A model generated the notes under the pieces. That model saw only the letters and a list, made by a program, of their open reading frames with translations. It was not told the origin of the DNA and searched no databases. This document shows positions 43,301-57,006 of a stretch of DNA of 64,000 nt, in pieces. The number at the start of each line of letters is the position of its first letter. Position 1 is the stretch's first letter. Location of the stretch: NCBI GenBank assembly GCA_964247055.1, contig OZ176051.1, forward strand, positions 7,192,001 through 7,256,000. Direction: 5' to 3'. The translations under genes and the position numbers were made by a program. The stretch is from Paragordius varius (taxonomy: Eukaryota > Animalia > Nematomorpha).

Positions 43301-46300
43301 TATATATAGGTAGCCCATTTGAATGTCGCATCATAGATCCTTTTGCATTTACTTTGGATTGTGTTCAAAGTCCACACTATTTACAAATAAATGATATTAA
43401 TATTATTGGATTTTCTATGCCTACCGTGTATGCCCAATCGCTTGATACTCAAAATTCTCATGATATAAAAGCCTATTTAGCGCGTATGTTAAATTTGTTT
43501 AAAAAACTAAAATGATCTTTGAAAGGCATATTTTTATACATTAAATATTAGATGAGTTTTTAATAGTACTATTACCGATATAAATATTTTTCTCTAAGAC
43601 TTTATAAACTTTACCATATTTCACATTTTCTTAGCCCTCTATCCCCCAAACACTGATATAAAAGATTTACATAAATGCCACACAAAAATTCAACCGTTGG
43701 CATCTATTGCGATAGATGGCGTGTTTAAATTTATTGATTCTATTACAACGGCTCAATCGAAAAACCTTCATCATAAATTGCATGATTCAAATTCCATTAA
43801 CAATAATAATAATAATAAAATGGCTAATGAACACGCCTCCATAAATAATTATTTGATTGAATTTAATTGTAAAACTGTCTCTAACATTGGTCAACACTTT
43901 CGTTTGGTTGTGGAGTTATGTGGTATGGTACTATTTCAAATCCCTTGCCTAACCTATGATATAACACCCATTAAAGTGCTTAGATTACGAAACAAAATCA
44001 AGCTAAATAAGCTACAAATATTTCAGGGTACGTTTCCTTACTTTTTGTGTTAATTTCACGTAAAATAATATAATATCAATAATGTTATTATCATAATTTT
44101 AAGTTGACACTTCAAGGGCTGGGCCTGGAAACCTTAAAGTTTACATAAATACAAATCAAGCCTTACCCCTACAAGGTAGTGAATTGGGTTGGATGGTACA
44201 TGAATCGATGGATATAATGGTGCCTTTGACATGCACTCCACAGTATATCTAATTTTTTGCACCTAATTACTAAAATTGTAAATTAAAGTGAACAGCAATA
44301 TTTTAATTAAATTTAAGACAATTTTTTATTACGAAAAAATTGGATCACGACGATTTCTTTATTTATTTATTATATTAATAATTAAGGTTCATTTTTTAAC
44401 CAACAATCTTCCCAATAAATAGCCCAAACAGGAAATTTTATTAATATATATATTTCAACAAAAATAAAATTTCAACTCCTAACCGCTGTTTTAGTTTTAA
44501 TAACGGTTTAACACCCTTTTTTTAAACTTCAATCCAAAATAGCTCCACGGTGTGCCATATCGTTCCAATCCCTTATTATAATTTTTCCCTACAACAAATA
44601 TAGATTTGTATACTTTTTCCATTTTATATTTTATAGGTTTAAAAGTGAATCCAATCATCAATATTTACCTCCTGATATGTCGTTATTTCAATCATTAACC
44701 ATGTTTAACACCAATTCTGGTAATATTACATCTAATGAACCAATATATCCCGATAGCTATGATATCGCTTATATGACACAAAGCATTGGGGCTCATACCA
44801 TCACAATTGAATATAATGGAAAACATATATTAGGTATGAATGATTAGTAGTGTTTTAAATGTTTTTTCTGTTTTTTTTGGGGGGTTTGTACTTTTACTTT
44901 ATTTACGGTTAAATTAGTCCGTCAATAATAATATATAGTAAGAATTGTTGGAGTTTAGTTAATTTTATCATTATTTCTTAACTATGCGTTTAGACTACTG
45001 AATGAAATTTATATTATGTTTTTAATAAATTATAATTCTATCATAAGATTTTTATTATAAAATTTATTTGATATCAACATGTTTTGTCAGATTAATACTT
45101 TAGATTGATGCTTTTACCAATAAATCTAGAATAATAATATTTTCAAATTCACTAATCTATAAAATCTTTTATAAATAAGATAATAAAATTTATTACCATA
45201 GTTGATATGATTTATTTTGACAATTAAAACTTGTCCCGAAAATTATGTTTTATAGGTAGCCCTTTTGTTATTCATGCGGAACGTGGCCATAACAAATTAT
45301 ACGCTTGGGGTCCTGGGGTTTGTGCTTATCCATTCTCCAGTTCCCTTTTCAAGTTTCCACCCTTCTTTTACATTGATTGTCGGCATTTGGGATTGAATGT
45401 ACGCGAACTTTTAGACAAACATTATCCCATCAATAATAATACCAATAATCTTAAAACTAACAATAAAATGTTTGAAATAAAGGATATGTTTAATTTGGAT
45501 CCAAATTTGCAGCAAAATGGTTTTACGAATGATACCTTGGCTCATTCAAACAGCCATGATACATGCAACAATAATTTGAGAAAATCATTTTCTTCAAGCA
45601 CATGGTCTTCCAGCATGTATAAAAACCACTTAGATATACTTATTAAAGGTATACTCTTCTATATATATTTTGTTTGCCATGTTTTAACTGCACCTGCTAA
45701 ATCATTATTGCTCTTTAATAAGAAATTAATTTTTGAAGCACTACTATTATTTTTTATCATTTTTAAACGTGTTTTATATTAATTCTTTAAAAGTGAATTA
45801 AATTTTATCATAAGATTTTACTGGTCAACCCATAAAATGGTCCACGCTTCCTATCTTTAAGCATAGTGTTGATAAAAACAATTTCTCCAAACACGATGGG
45901 AATGCCCGTTCAAATTCTATGGTAAAAGAGTTTTTGCCTCCTTCGAACGAAAACGATACTAACCAGGAGACAATGAAAAATTTGTGCTTAGACACCATTG
46001 TTATTCAATATTATCCATATTTTGCTGGGGAACATTTCCTCTCAATCTTTATACGTAATGCGTTGACAAATAACAGCAAAGATGAATATATCGAAATAGA
46101 GGGATCACCCTTTAACGTTCTGATTTATGATGAAAAAGATATTGGTATAACGATCGATAAAAGCAAATCGACGAATCAAGAAGCCCTAACACGCTCACTT
46201 CTGAAACCGTCAGCTAAATGCCTGGAAACACATGGACATAATAACCATTTAAGCAATGATAACACTTTGCTGAATACATCTATAAATCGTAAAATTTTTG

Positions 46301-49300
46301 TTTTTTTTTCATTTTTTATAATAAGCAGTTGAACTGCAAACACGAATTCTATATTTTTTTTTATTTGATAGAATCTTCTGATAGTTTCTCTACCCCTATT
46401 TCTAAAACAAAGCCTCCTGAAGAAGACACTAATACCATTGGTTTTGTTGGACAAATTTATTCAATATTTGGTATTATTATAACGGATTATTTTATTATAT
46501 TCGCAAATCATTTGTTTTTTATTATAACTAATGAATATTTGTTACAGAGTTGTATGTTTAATTTCTCGTTAACGATACATTTTAAATTAAAAATAGTTTT
46601 TCATGATAAATAACTATATATAAAATAGTCAAAAAAACTTATATTGGATAAAAATTAAAAACCTAATTAATTAAAATTTAAAGGTTGTTTTTAAAACCAA
46701 TTTGATACATATTATACAGGTAAAACGCTAAATTGGCGTATATTTATATCCTAAAAATTTATATTTTTTGCCCTGAATTTAAAGTTGATGTCCCATTTTG
46801 TGATGGTAAACCCATATTGCCACCCAAAGTAAACATTAGCACGCAATCCTTAGATTCCGATATAAATAATAATACTGAGAGGGAGATTACATTTACTTGT
46901 GGTCGTACCAATATTAAGGGTAGATACCACATATCTTTTACCCCTTATACAGCTTCTGATTATATCATAACTGCATACTCCGCAAACGAACAAGAAATGT
47001 TATCAGGTTAATAAATATATTAGTATGTGTTTGTTTGATTTTTAAAATAAATTTTTGTGAAACAATTTGATATCAACCGATTTTGTTGAAAAAATACTTA
47101 ATATAAAAACATTAGGATTTCCCCGAACAATCAAGGTTGTCGAACCCATTGATGAAAAGCCTACGAAAGAAATGGCTACTTCCTTATTAACATCGTCGAA
47201 AACTTATCATAGTTTGTGTCAAGAAAACGGGATAGAAAATAAGCGCAATATTAGTGGTTTTTTGGATAAAATTAGTGTTAGAAACTCACAAAGAACTACA
47301 AGTACCCCAACTTCAATAGTTAAATCACCAAACGCGGCAATGGTAAAACATATCGCGGATAAACATAACTCAAATTTGTCACCAAACAAATTTGGCGGAG
47401 GCCTTTTTTCACGCAACTCTCCCTCCATTATCTCGGAAAACAATTCAAACTCTTTACAAAGTGCATGTCTAGCAAATGATAATAATGATATTTTTAACAC
47501 TGCTGATGATATGGATCAAGGTTCACCAAAAATTAGTAAAGAAATTACTACTGGTACAGAAGAGACTTATGTACAGGGTGGTAAGAAAAAGAATAAAGCT
47601 AAAAAGCATGGTGCTTTTCTTTTCACAACTTCAAGGAATAATAATCATAATAATGGAGGAATTAATAAGGCTCAAAACAATAATTTACCCCAAAAATCGA
47701 ATAAAAGCCGGGCTACTTTAAGTAATGAACCATATGCTGAAGGCAAAAATTTATCGTGTAGTGCGATACATACAACATCTGCATTCACTATGTTTAACAT
47801 TGGCCCAGGACAGGAAATAGATGTCATTATATCAGGTACGATACGTTAGTTTTTAAAACACAATGAATTATAAAGATTAATTTTTAATTTTTCCGCATAT
47901 TCATTCTTATAATGCTATTAACTATACACAGGTCCTGATAATTCTTTGGTTCCATGTCAATGTTATTACATGCAACCCGGTGTATACAATGTTGAATATC
48001 AACCAGAGATTTTGGGTAACTAACATGTTGTTAATATTGGCAAAATGATTCAAATATTCGGGATTTTAATAAATTAACCATGAATAGTTTGTGAATAGAA
48101 TTACCCAAATTTTAAATGACATATAATATATACCATTTACAGTTCAAATTCATCCTAAAATAAATTAGGTGTTTTTAAGATCGAAAATTACCTTTATTTT
48201 ATGATATTTTTAAAATATGAAATTCTGTTTAAAATTAATATAATGCTGAAAAAATAATACACTGTATAAAAATATATTTCATATTAATGATGAGTTATAT
48301 TATCCCGAAAACACCAATTTATTTTTAAGGGTAATTTGAATTGTTCAGGATTGAATTTGAATTGTTCAAGGGTGAAGAATTGTAAATGGTATATATAAAT
48401 ATATAGGTGAACACAAAATTGAAATATCGGTTGATCATTGCCTTTTGCAAGGGAGCCCATACATTTGTCAAGTTTATGATCCAACGAAAGTAGAATTAAA
48501 GTTTCCATACAATGAAGACAAAAAATCTTTTATTGTGCAAAAAGAAAATTCTTTTACTTTTGAAGGTTATTTTAGATTATCATTAAATATTTATAAAATA
48601 TTTATGGCAAGTCATTGAAATTTATATATTTTAACATTTTATACTAAAATCATAGCTAATGCATGTAATGCTGGAGTTGCAAAATTTAAGTGTGATGTAA
48701 AACGAAAATCATTAGATAAGCATAACTCCACGTTTGAAAAGGAATTAATTAAATGTCCCAAAGAAGAATATACATTAGAAATAGTTTACAATACAGAGAG
48801 TAATGATATCAAAAGTTGTAAAAATTCCGAGTTCACAAATAAGAATCATTTTAATTATACTGTTACGTTTACACCCATGAGAACAGGAGAATTCGTATTA
48901 ATCCCAATATATGGAGATTTTGCCATCCCAGGTTATTATTATCTTGTAGGCCAACTTTTTTTACAATACAATACATTCATCATAAATATGGATTATTTGC
49001 AATTTATTTTGATTATTAGACGGGGATATTGCAATCAAAGTTAAAGAATACATTACTGAGATTGAATGTGAAGGTGAAGGATTGCGATTTGGCCTAATAG
49101 GTCAGCCATGTAATTTCAAAATTCATGCCAAATATATACAATCAGTCAACGCTAAACACAATAATAAACAACAATTCCCACCCCATAAACCCTGTGTTTT
49201 GATTGAAGGTTTTTCAAAATTTGAAAATATATTTTTTGCAAAATTATAAAATTTTCTAGTGATCAAATTATAAATAAAATATATAAAATTATAGGACCGA

Positions 49301-52300
49301 ATAGTATCCCCACATATGAAATTGTTGGGAACGCTAGTTTAGACATGTTTTCCGTCTCATATGTCCCAATGGAAATTGGTGAATACAAAGTGTTGATAAC
49401 TTTAGAAAATGATTCTGATACAAAACATGGTTAGTTAAATGAATTATTATTATATTATAATTTTTTATTACAACTTACATATATCAGGTCCTTTTACGGT
49501 CAAAATTTGTGACTTAACCAAAATAAAGCTTATAACCCCGGTAAACAATATGAAAAAATTGGTGATTGATCAAACTTCTCGCATTCTTATTGATTGTAAC
49601 AATGCCGGTCCTGGTAATTATATTTTTCAAAATTATTTCTTATTTATTTTTATAAAATCTTATTAAAAAACGCAATATTAAATGGATTTTAACTCTTAAA
49701 AAAATTAATCAAAATATATCCTAAACAAAAACATTATATAAATAATAAATGAATGCTCTTTTTAAAGGTCATTTGGAAGCATTCTTAAAATACCTACCCA
49801 GTTTATCTGACATGAAAAAATTTGAAGGATTGAGTAACGTGGGTGATAAAGATGAAATATCTGATGCCGTTGTTCAGAAAATGACATCACAGGATTATTC
49901 TATATTACTTACGGCTAAAAAATTAGGTATAATTTATTTTTATTTTTTGGTAACTAAATATAATTATAAACTGCTTATTTATTTTTTTATGCCTTTGGTT
50001 TGGATTTTACATACTATAGGAAAAAAAGTTTCAAACTAAATGGTGCACCGACTATAAAAATAAATTTGCCAAAAATTTTCTCGGCTCGAATTTTAATCTT
50101 TTTTTCAAATTGTTCTGATCTCCGTCTTTTTTTTATTTGGTAACTCCATTAACATAACATTCTAATTAGTACAATTCTTCACATTTTAATATAGATTTAT
50201 GATTTTAAGTTCCATTTTTAATATATTAGGTGAATACCTTTTACACCTTAAATGGAATGGTTATGATTTACCAGAATGTCCGTATCTTATTGAATGTGTA
50301 GATAAAGTAATTGAACAACCGTTAGTATTCAAACAAACTACAGTTGATACCGATGATATATTGTCAATCCTTAATAAATACCTTTCGGATGTTAAAATAT
50401 CGCAAGATTGGTCCAATTATTTCACCTTAAATGAAAATCTAAAATCCTTCTTACCCATCGATAAACCATATTCATTTCAAATTGATATGGCGAAATTGTT
50501 TGAAAGTTATATATAATTTTTAAATACTATCGAAATTCAAATATTTATTTATATTTTGACTAATTCATTAAATAATTATGTTAACAGAATTAAAATCCGA
50601 ATGTCCCAATATCGAAACTTTCAAGCCAAATTTATTCCCTAGTATGTATATCGTTTCGACAAACCCTAAAGATACGGCTGATGTAAAAGAAAACCCATTT
50701 TTATCATCAAGCTCAATACATCAAACTGTTATAACGTACGAATTCATAATAAGGCGTAAAGGTTAGTTTGATGGCAAAAAAGTTTTCATATTAAAAAAGA
50801 TTTTGCATAAATATATACTTTTCCATTAATTGTTTAGGACAATATTATTTGAATCTCGGATACCCGAATACTCAAAGTGAATTGGCTAACAAGTCGCCTA
50901 CTGATGGCGAATCATTCAAAACCGGTTTTATACATATATTCGAATCTCCATACAAACTTAATTGTTTCACAAAACTGTCTACATCACTTCCATCATGTAA
51001 CGTTACTGACGTACAATCTGATAAAAACAACGGCACTAAAAATGATTTTTCCCCAATAGAATCTCAATCATTCATAAAGAGTAGTCATAACATGGAAAGT
51101 ACACCTTTAACGAGTGTATCCAAGGAAAATATACTCAAAAAAATGAGTAATATGTTTATCTTTTATAATACTACATATTATACTATATTGGGCTATTTTA
51201 AATTAGCATCTTTATATGTTTAATCCGAGAAATATCGTTTATAAAAATAACGTTTGATAAAAAATTTATTATCTAGGAATGTTCATTTATGACATAAAAT
51301 GTTTCCAGAAAAATATGTAAACATATGCTTTTAAAAGGTGATTTTTTGTCCAGATTAAAGAGAAAAATACGTGAATATGTTTGATTTTTTGTTCAGATTA
51401 AAGAGAAAAATACGTGAATATGTTGTTTCTTTACTATTTATTATTTTTGCGAAATGTCATTAGAGTCTAAATCATTGTCGTCCGAACATCGCAACTTCTC
51501 AGGCCCCTGTGATGTAGTTAATGCAACAAATGCCTCTTGTGTCAAAGTCTCAGGACCTGGTATCAAAAATGGTGTTTTATCAAACTTTAATAGTCAATTT
51601 TCGATCGATACAAAAGGTGCATGTGCTGGCCAATTGACAGTTAAGATTCGTGGTCCAAAAAGTAACTACGCGCGTGATTTATTTTTTAATTTCTGATTTC
51701 GTTTGGTTTGCAAAGATGGAATTTCAAAATATTAAAAAAATTCGTTCTTACATATATTGTCATGATTTAGTAAAAAAATTAAATTTTACTCAAATATCAG
51801 GATTAGATGCCATTTTGTGGTTAAAATTCTTTGGGACTAGTGATTATTTTATATTATGCTTTTATATATTTGTTTAACTAGTTTTAAATTTATAATTAAG
51901 CCTATTTAATCTTGAAAACTGAAAATGCCTGGAGAATAGGCAACTTACCAAACTTTTTTGCCATACAAAATAAAGAATTAACATCTATATATATGTATTT
52001 GGCTAGGCGCTTTTCACGTTCGAATGAAACGAGATCCTGTACGAGACAGAGTTATTCATTGCGAATATCAGCCAACCGAAGTTGGTCATTACACAATTCA
52101 TATCACGTGGTCTGGTAACCATGTACCAGGTTCGCCATTCAATGTTAGCATTTATGGAACATCTGAAGATTATTTAGCGGTGCAATCGGGACAGACGCAT
52201 TATTCAAGAAAAATAAACAGTAATCAAATTCATTTTTTAACAATTAATTTTGGCTAGAGAAATGAATGAATAATAAAAATAATTTGCGAAAAATATTTAA

Positions 52301-53017
52301 AAAACATGAGTCGATAACACGGTAATAGGAAAAACTCAATCGGGTTAACACGTGGGCTATAAGTAGCAATAAAATATTATGTTTTTTAATTATTTGTAGA
52401 TATAACTTTATGTTTTTCCCTTCATTGTTTTCGTATTAAACCAACATTATCCATGATTATTTTTATATAACATTTTAGAATCACCGACAAACTCATCCCA
52501 TACCACTTCGGCCGACGATCTAGATCGTTTTATAACGCAAGCATTTTCATCCGATAATTTGGGTGATTTAGGACTTCTTACTGCAACAGAGAGTAGTGGG
52601 GATGGAACGACCACCTCTCTTAGTAGTAATCTTAAAAATGATAAATTTGGTAGTCATCAGAGTCGGAGTGAGAGCTCTTCGTTGCGCAAAAAAAAATTTG
52701 ATACCATTGAACGGTATGATGGGAACTTTGTACTAAGTGCCCCAAGCCACATAAATCATGCAAATATCAGCAAAACGGATACTCTTTTTACGAGTAATAG
52801 ACCATCTTATCAAAATGGATTTTCGAATAATGCCCTAAATTCATCCAAAACTTATGATAGTTTATTGTCACCTCCTAAACAAGTGGATTCAGATACTGCT
52901 GCCTATAATTCGGAAACTTTGAAAATGTCGTCAACTCATAAAAATAGTTTGAAACAACAAAAGCTACTGTTTGCGAAACCGTCTATACTCTGTACCCCGG
53001 ATCCGTTATATAACTAA
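21207..53017 (+). CDS. jbug: Jitterbug-type filamin: three calponin-homology domains plus many filamin Ig repeats; about 50 exons, about 4,400 aa (approximate)
   Basis: CH exons 21207-21447 (IVFQNWIKLHVK), 25252-25507 (LLWAIIVNYQI; INNLTDDWADGKLL), 27618-27969 (AMLTYLSLF; LLAWINEKL), 28139-28283 (SWVDGMLLEALV), 28363-28512 (VMMYISQF). Filamin-repeat motifs recur from 30336 (DAGAGKLEV, VDARKAGVGNMEI, VDTSRAGPG, GSPF). The last repeat (51464-51661, 52007-52219: FSIDTKGACAGQLTVKIRGPK..FHVRMKRDPVRDRVIHCEYQPTEVGHYTIHITWSGNHVPGSPF) resembles the recalled Jbug C-terminus. Final exon 52479-53017. Some internal splice sites and the start codon are uncertain. Confidence 0.85.
22003..24176. mobile_element. 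2.17-kb foldback / long-TIR non-autonomous DNA element in filamin intron 1
   Basis: Ends ta|cagtcatgtagactttatattg and caatataaagtctacatgactg|ta (TA duplication). Inverted arms align for about 0.9 kb, with about 6 mismatches in the first 88 nt. Interior has roughly 100-bp subrepeats with the core acaggtaaaaattgcgg. No ORF. Confidence 0.92.
27302..27583. mobile_element. MITE family B copy
   Basis: ccattaactcc..aaattcaccc at left, gggtgaa..gtaaaggg|ta at right; in a filamin intron. Confidence 0.7.
34557..34930. mobile_element. MITE family B copy with expanded 21-bp repeats
   Basis: ta|ccatttactgttcaaattc ... gaactgtgaatgg|ta; about six tandem gggtgaatttgaattgttcaa units at about 34790-34925. 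Confidence 0.88.
36970..36997. repeat. (TAA)n microsatellite
   Basis: Direct reading; intronic. Confidence 0.9.
38595..38778 (+). CDS. Candidate alternative first coding exon of the filamin gene (CH-less short isoform)
   Basis: ATG-started 61-codon ORF in intron 36815-39097. It ends AAC G|GTAATT, a phase-1 donor that fits the phase-1 acceptor at 39098 (G+TT GAT TGC = V-D-C-S-K-A-G). No AG acceptor lies in the roughly 80 nt before the ATG. Confidence 0.6.
48133..48389. mobile_element. MITE family B copy
   Basis: ta|ccatttacagttcaaattc ... tgtaaatgg|ta; fills most of the filamin intron 48017-48406. Confidence 0.85.
51343..51425 (+). repeat. Tandem duplication of about 41 bp
   Basis: tttttgt(c/t)cagattaaagagaaaaatacgtgaatatgtt occurs twice; intronic. 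Confidence 0.9.
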
Positions 53018-53199
53018 TTATATTTTTTTATCTACAAAATAATTTATGCAATGTTATTTACGATTTTTAGACAATAATAATGCAAATCTCACCAAATATT
53101 ATATATTTATTAGGTTTCTTATTAATTTATATATTTATCTTAAATGTATTAATAAATTTTATAAATAGCATATTGATAACGTAACGTTCATAATTGATC

Positions 53200-55146
53200 T
53201 TAAAAGACAACGTGACCAAAATCAACCTAAATATATAATACGATAAAAATAGTGGAAATTATAGCATTAAATTATGTGCATTAATCGAATTAATTTTAAT
53301 TACTTCAAATTGTTCGCACCAAATAGATAGCCATCCAATTTCGTTTGCATTCGATTCTTTCAAAGTTAATCGAATCGTTTCCCCATTGTATGGCCTAAGA
53401 TTGCCTGTGCTAAAATATTTATCAAAAAAAATGTTGGTTACTTTTCCTATTTACCGAAGCCGGTAAAACCTTAAAAACATACTATTAAGGACTATTTGCT
53501 TTAAAATTAAGGACAAAACAGTTATTCTATTGTTAAAATTAATAAATTTAATAATAGAAAATTAGACAATATTTCATATTTTTGCGGCTTATTGCTTGGG
53601 AAAGTATTTCATATATACCATTGACAATTCAATTCACCCATGAACAATTCAAATTCAAACTTGAACAATCCAAATTTACACTAAAATAAATTATAAATTT
53701 TCGGGCTAATACAACTCATAATTAATGTGATATTTTTCTTTATGGTATGTATAGTTTATTATTTTTTCAGTATTATTATAAACAAATTTCATTTTTTAAT
53801 AACTATAAAATATAGGTAATTTTTAATCATAAAAAAAACATAATTTATTTGTGAATTTATATTGTTCCAGGGTGAATTTGAAATGTAAACGGTATATATA
53901 CTTGTTATTTCGAGCTTCTATATCAATGAATATAACTTAAAATACTTTCACAATATTGCACAAGGAGTATAAATTTTAGGTATTTATCGCTTATTTTTTT
54001 TACACGATTACGGCTTTTTTGCGTTTGCGAATTTGAACACAATTTTTTTAGGCTTATTTTTTAGCTATCAAAATTAAAAATCAACCACTTTGCTACCCTT
54101 AAAGAATAACAACACTTCTAATCCTTCATCCTAAAAGACTCATTTTATCCCGTAAATAGGTCGAGCTTTATGTTGTAAAAATCAATTAATATGGTAATAA
54201 ATTAAACCTGCCAGATTCATTTTCAATGGTTATCCCCTCTCGGCTTGGTAAAGGTGAATGACGCCCTCGGAAACCGATAAAAAATTTTACGTCTATTTAT
54301 TTCAAAAATAAAATTTTAATTAAAAAAACTGATATAATTACCAAAAAGCACTTCTATTTCAAAAGGTATTATTTAAGGCACACATTTCCGATTTTTAATC
54401 ATACCGCTACAATCTTTCATAATTTCGATACTAATTGAAAAGATATGAATATTTGAAACAAAATCTTTGATGACTATGGAATATATTAGGTAATCAACTG
54501 ATACTATCCATTATAAAATTTTATCCAAACTGAGTTTGGTCCCTATTAAACCTGAAAATTCACTCTAAACATCTTTTATTATATATGAATTTTTAATGAA
54601 TGCAATTAAAACAAAAAAGTATTAAAATAAAAAATAATCAATTCTACATCCTTTTTCTATATTATATCTTAGTAAAACATATAATTTTATTTAAAAGTCT
54701 TAAACCGCTGATGCGCATTTTATGGAGGCAAAAATCCAGCACTCCATAAAAAACTAATAAGTGAATCAAAGATACCATAAAATACTTTTTACCGTCACGG
54801 ATATGAAAATCCACTAAATACTAAAATTTCATATTGAAGCGAATCAATAAACTAATTTAACCAAATTTTACATTTTTTAACAATTATTATTTATGTAAAG
54901 AACATTAAAAAAACATAAATTTATAGATGATTCATTAAAAATTATAAAAAGTTTATTTGAAAAAATTGTTTAGCAATAAAATACCTGGACCGCCTCCATT
55001 GTAATACAAATTTTGAATGCAAATTCGATTGCTGTCCTCAACATAAACATCTCCTCTCACGCCATACGATGTTTGACCGCCATTGTTTGAGGGGCCAACA
55101 AAAGAGCCTTTTCTAACACCGCGACATGTGTCCTGACTTTCAATGA
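53200..55146 (-). CDS. Single DM13-domain protein (Skeletor/Knickkopf-type domain); four exons recognised, 5' exon uncertain
   Basis: Exons 55146-54985, 54292-54208, 53409-53304, 53226-53200, phases 1/1/2/0 consistent. Translation: YGVRGDVYVEDSNRICIQNLYYNGGGPDVKFFIG..PSREGITIENESGS..LRPYNGETIRLTL..IGWLSIWCEQFEVDFGHVVF*, which follows the DM13 consensus (G.VY..D..TI.I.NF.YDG.GPD..F; WLSVWC..F.V.FG.V). Confidence 0.85.
53618..53892. mobile_element. MITE family B copy in a DM13 gene intron
   Basis: ta|ccattgacaattc ... tgtaaacgg|ta with the family subrepeats. Confidence 0.82.
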
Positions 55147-56296
55147 CTAATTTTAATATGACAAAATTATTAAAATAAATAATTTTTCATAAATCAAATT
55201 ATTTAGCGTTAAAGGCCTTAATGCAGTTTTTTATCAATCACTAAAAAGTATTTGAAAAAGATATAAATAGGAGAGTAAATCTTGGCAGTAGAACTGACAG
55301 CATTTTTTATTGATCAATCCCAGTAAAAATTTTTAAAAAATTAAAGTAAATACATACTATTAGATTTAATTAAACAAATACCCAAAAAGAGACTGAAGGC
55401 AAATATTAATCCTGAATATATGAACATGTTAAACAGATAGATTATTGTAATATTAAAAATTTAAAAAGTGGTTGTTGAAAACCCAAAAAATAATATATTA
55501 TGCAAATATTTTATTACCAATTTGTAACATAATACCACAAATTATATCAAAAAATTATTCAAATACTTTATTATCGTATATATCGTATATTGTGAGGTAT
55601 TGAGGTCGTCTAATATAAATAAACACATATAGATTTCTCCAAAATTAATATTTTTCAAACTAATTTTTTATGTTTAGGGTGGAATAAATTATGTCTAAGT
55701 TTATATTATAAACATTATACATATTATTTATATTACTATTATTATGGCAGGAGGTTTAAATGGCAATAACCGCTAACTAATGTTTCCAATCCTTTTGATG
55801 AAATAATTTAAATGGCATATGAAAGGTCTTTAATCAATTATTTTGGCCCATTCACAAAAATATTCAACTGTTTAGGAGTTACAATAAATTAGGCTATCGT
55901 GAATATTAGAGGGAAATGTTATTCAAATTATTAATGCGACGTTTTAATATTTTTAAGCATCTACGGGTACAATAATGGGCAAATTTGTTTTTAATAGGTT
56001 AACAAACATTATAATAATTTTTAACAATCCTATTTAATACTATCACTTCACAACTTTATTGATATAAGCATTGTATTAATTGCGCCCTTTTGTGCCGTTT
56101 ATGATGAAATTTCTTTTTAGACATTTCTGAAATCAAGCCGTATTTAAAATCTGCCTTAAACATTCTACATTAGACCTTAAAACATTAAGGAGCTTCCTTA
56201 ATAATTTCAATTTTCTTTAAATTATATTATGTGTTTCAGTTAACTCATCTATATATTTATAAAAATAGAAATGCTGGCTTTGTGATCTGGTACCGG

Positions 56297-57006
56297 TAGG
56301 GTTGTGCATTTGACTGCTTTTTCAAAAATGTCCGGTCAGACCTGGTCAGATAATGGTCATGACCACGGTCATGACCACTTTACAGTAAATACGATGCGAT
56401 ATTGGTTTGTGAAAATAATGTTCGAACGACACTTGCGTTCCACAATAATGTCATGTTTTTTCCTAAAAGTTTATATTTATACATTTTTTTATATTTACAA
56501 TATTTTCATCAAATTTAATCAAGAATTTTGTTTTGAAATAAATTTTGCCACATTCTTGTGGCCTTCTGAATCTTCAATTTCATAGCTTTTATTAAAGGAT
56601 ATTTCAAATTTAATTTTACCTAGTTTGTTTTACACTTTCTTTCATCATTGTAATATCCAATTATAAAATGTTCTTACATTTTATTGGTTCATATATAAGG
56701 AATAATCGCATATTTTGCAAAATGCTTGATTGTTTTTCCAAATAACTGGATATGCTAAATGCTAATGTTATAAGGATGCATGTCTAACAATTTTATATTG
56801 TTAAATACGCATATTTAAATATTTAATTTATATTTCTTAAAAAGTATATTGAAAAGCAACAAAATCTTACTATCTCTCTTCCAAAAAAAATTACCAGCAA
56901 TTTTTAAAAACAGCTGTTTTTTTAATGACCATGGTCAAAAAATAAACACTGACCTGGTCATGACCCGGTCAATTGACCGGGTCATGACTTGGTCAGCACA
57001 ACTCTT
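56297..57006. mobile_element. Non-autonomous TIR element (hAT-like) with ggtcatgacc subterminal motifs
   Basis: Ends tagggttgtgc and gcacaactctt; clusters of ggtca/tgacc motifs inside both ends; AT-rich non-coding centre. Target-site duplication not resolved. Confidence 0.6.

Noticed and set aside
27612-47500. Antisense ORFs in the track (27612, 28187, 29197, 31467, 31896, 46176, 47219)
   Set aside because: They are shadows of sense-strand filamin exons and show no independent features.
1932-55146. scabrous, jitterbug and DM13 as a functional gene cluster
   Set aside because: No shared regulatory evidence in the sequence and no known pathway link; adjacency alone is not enough.
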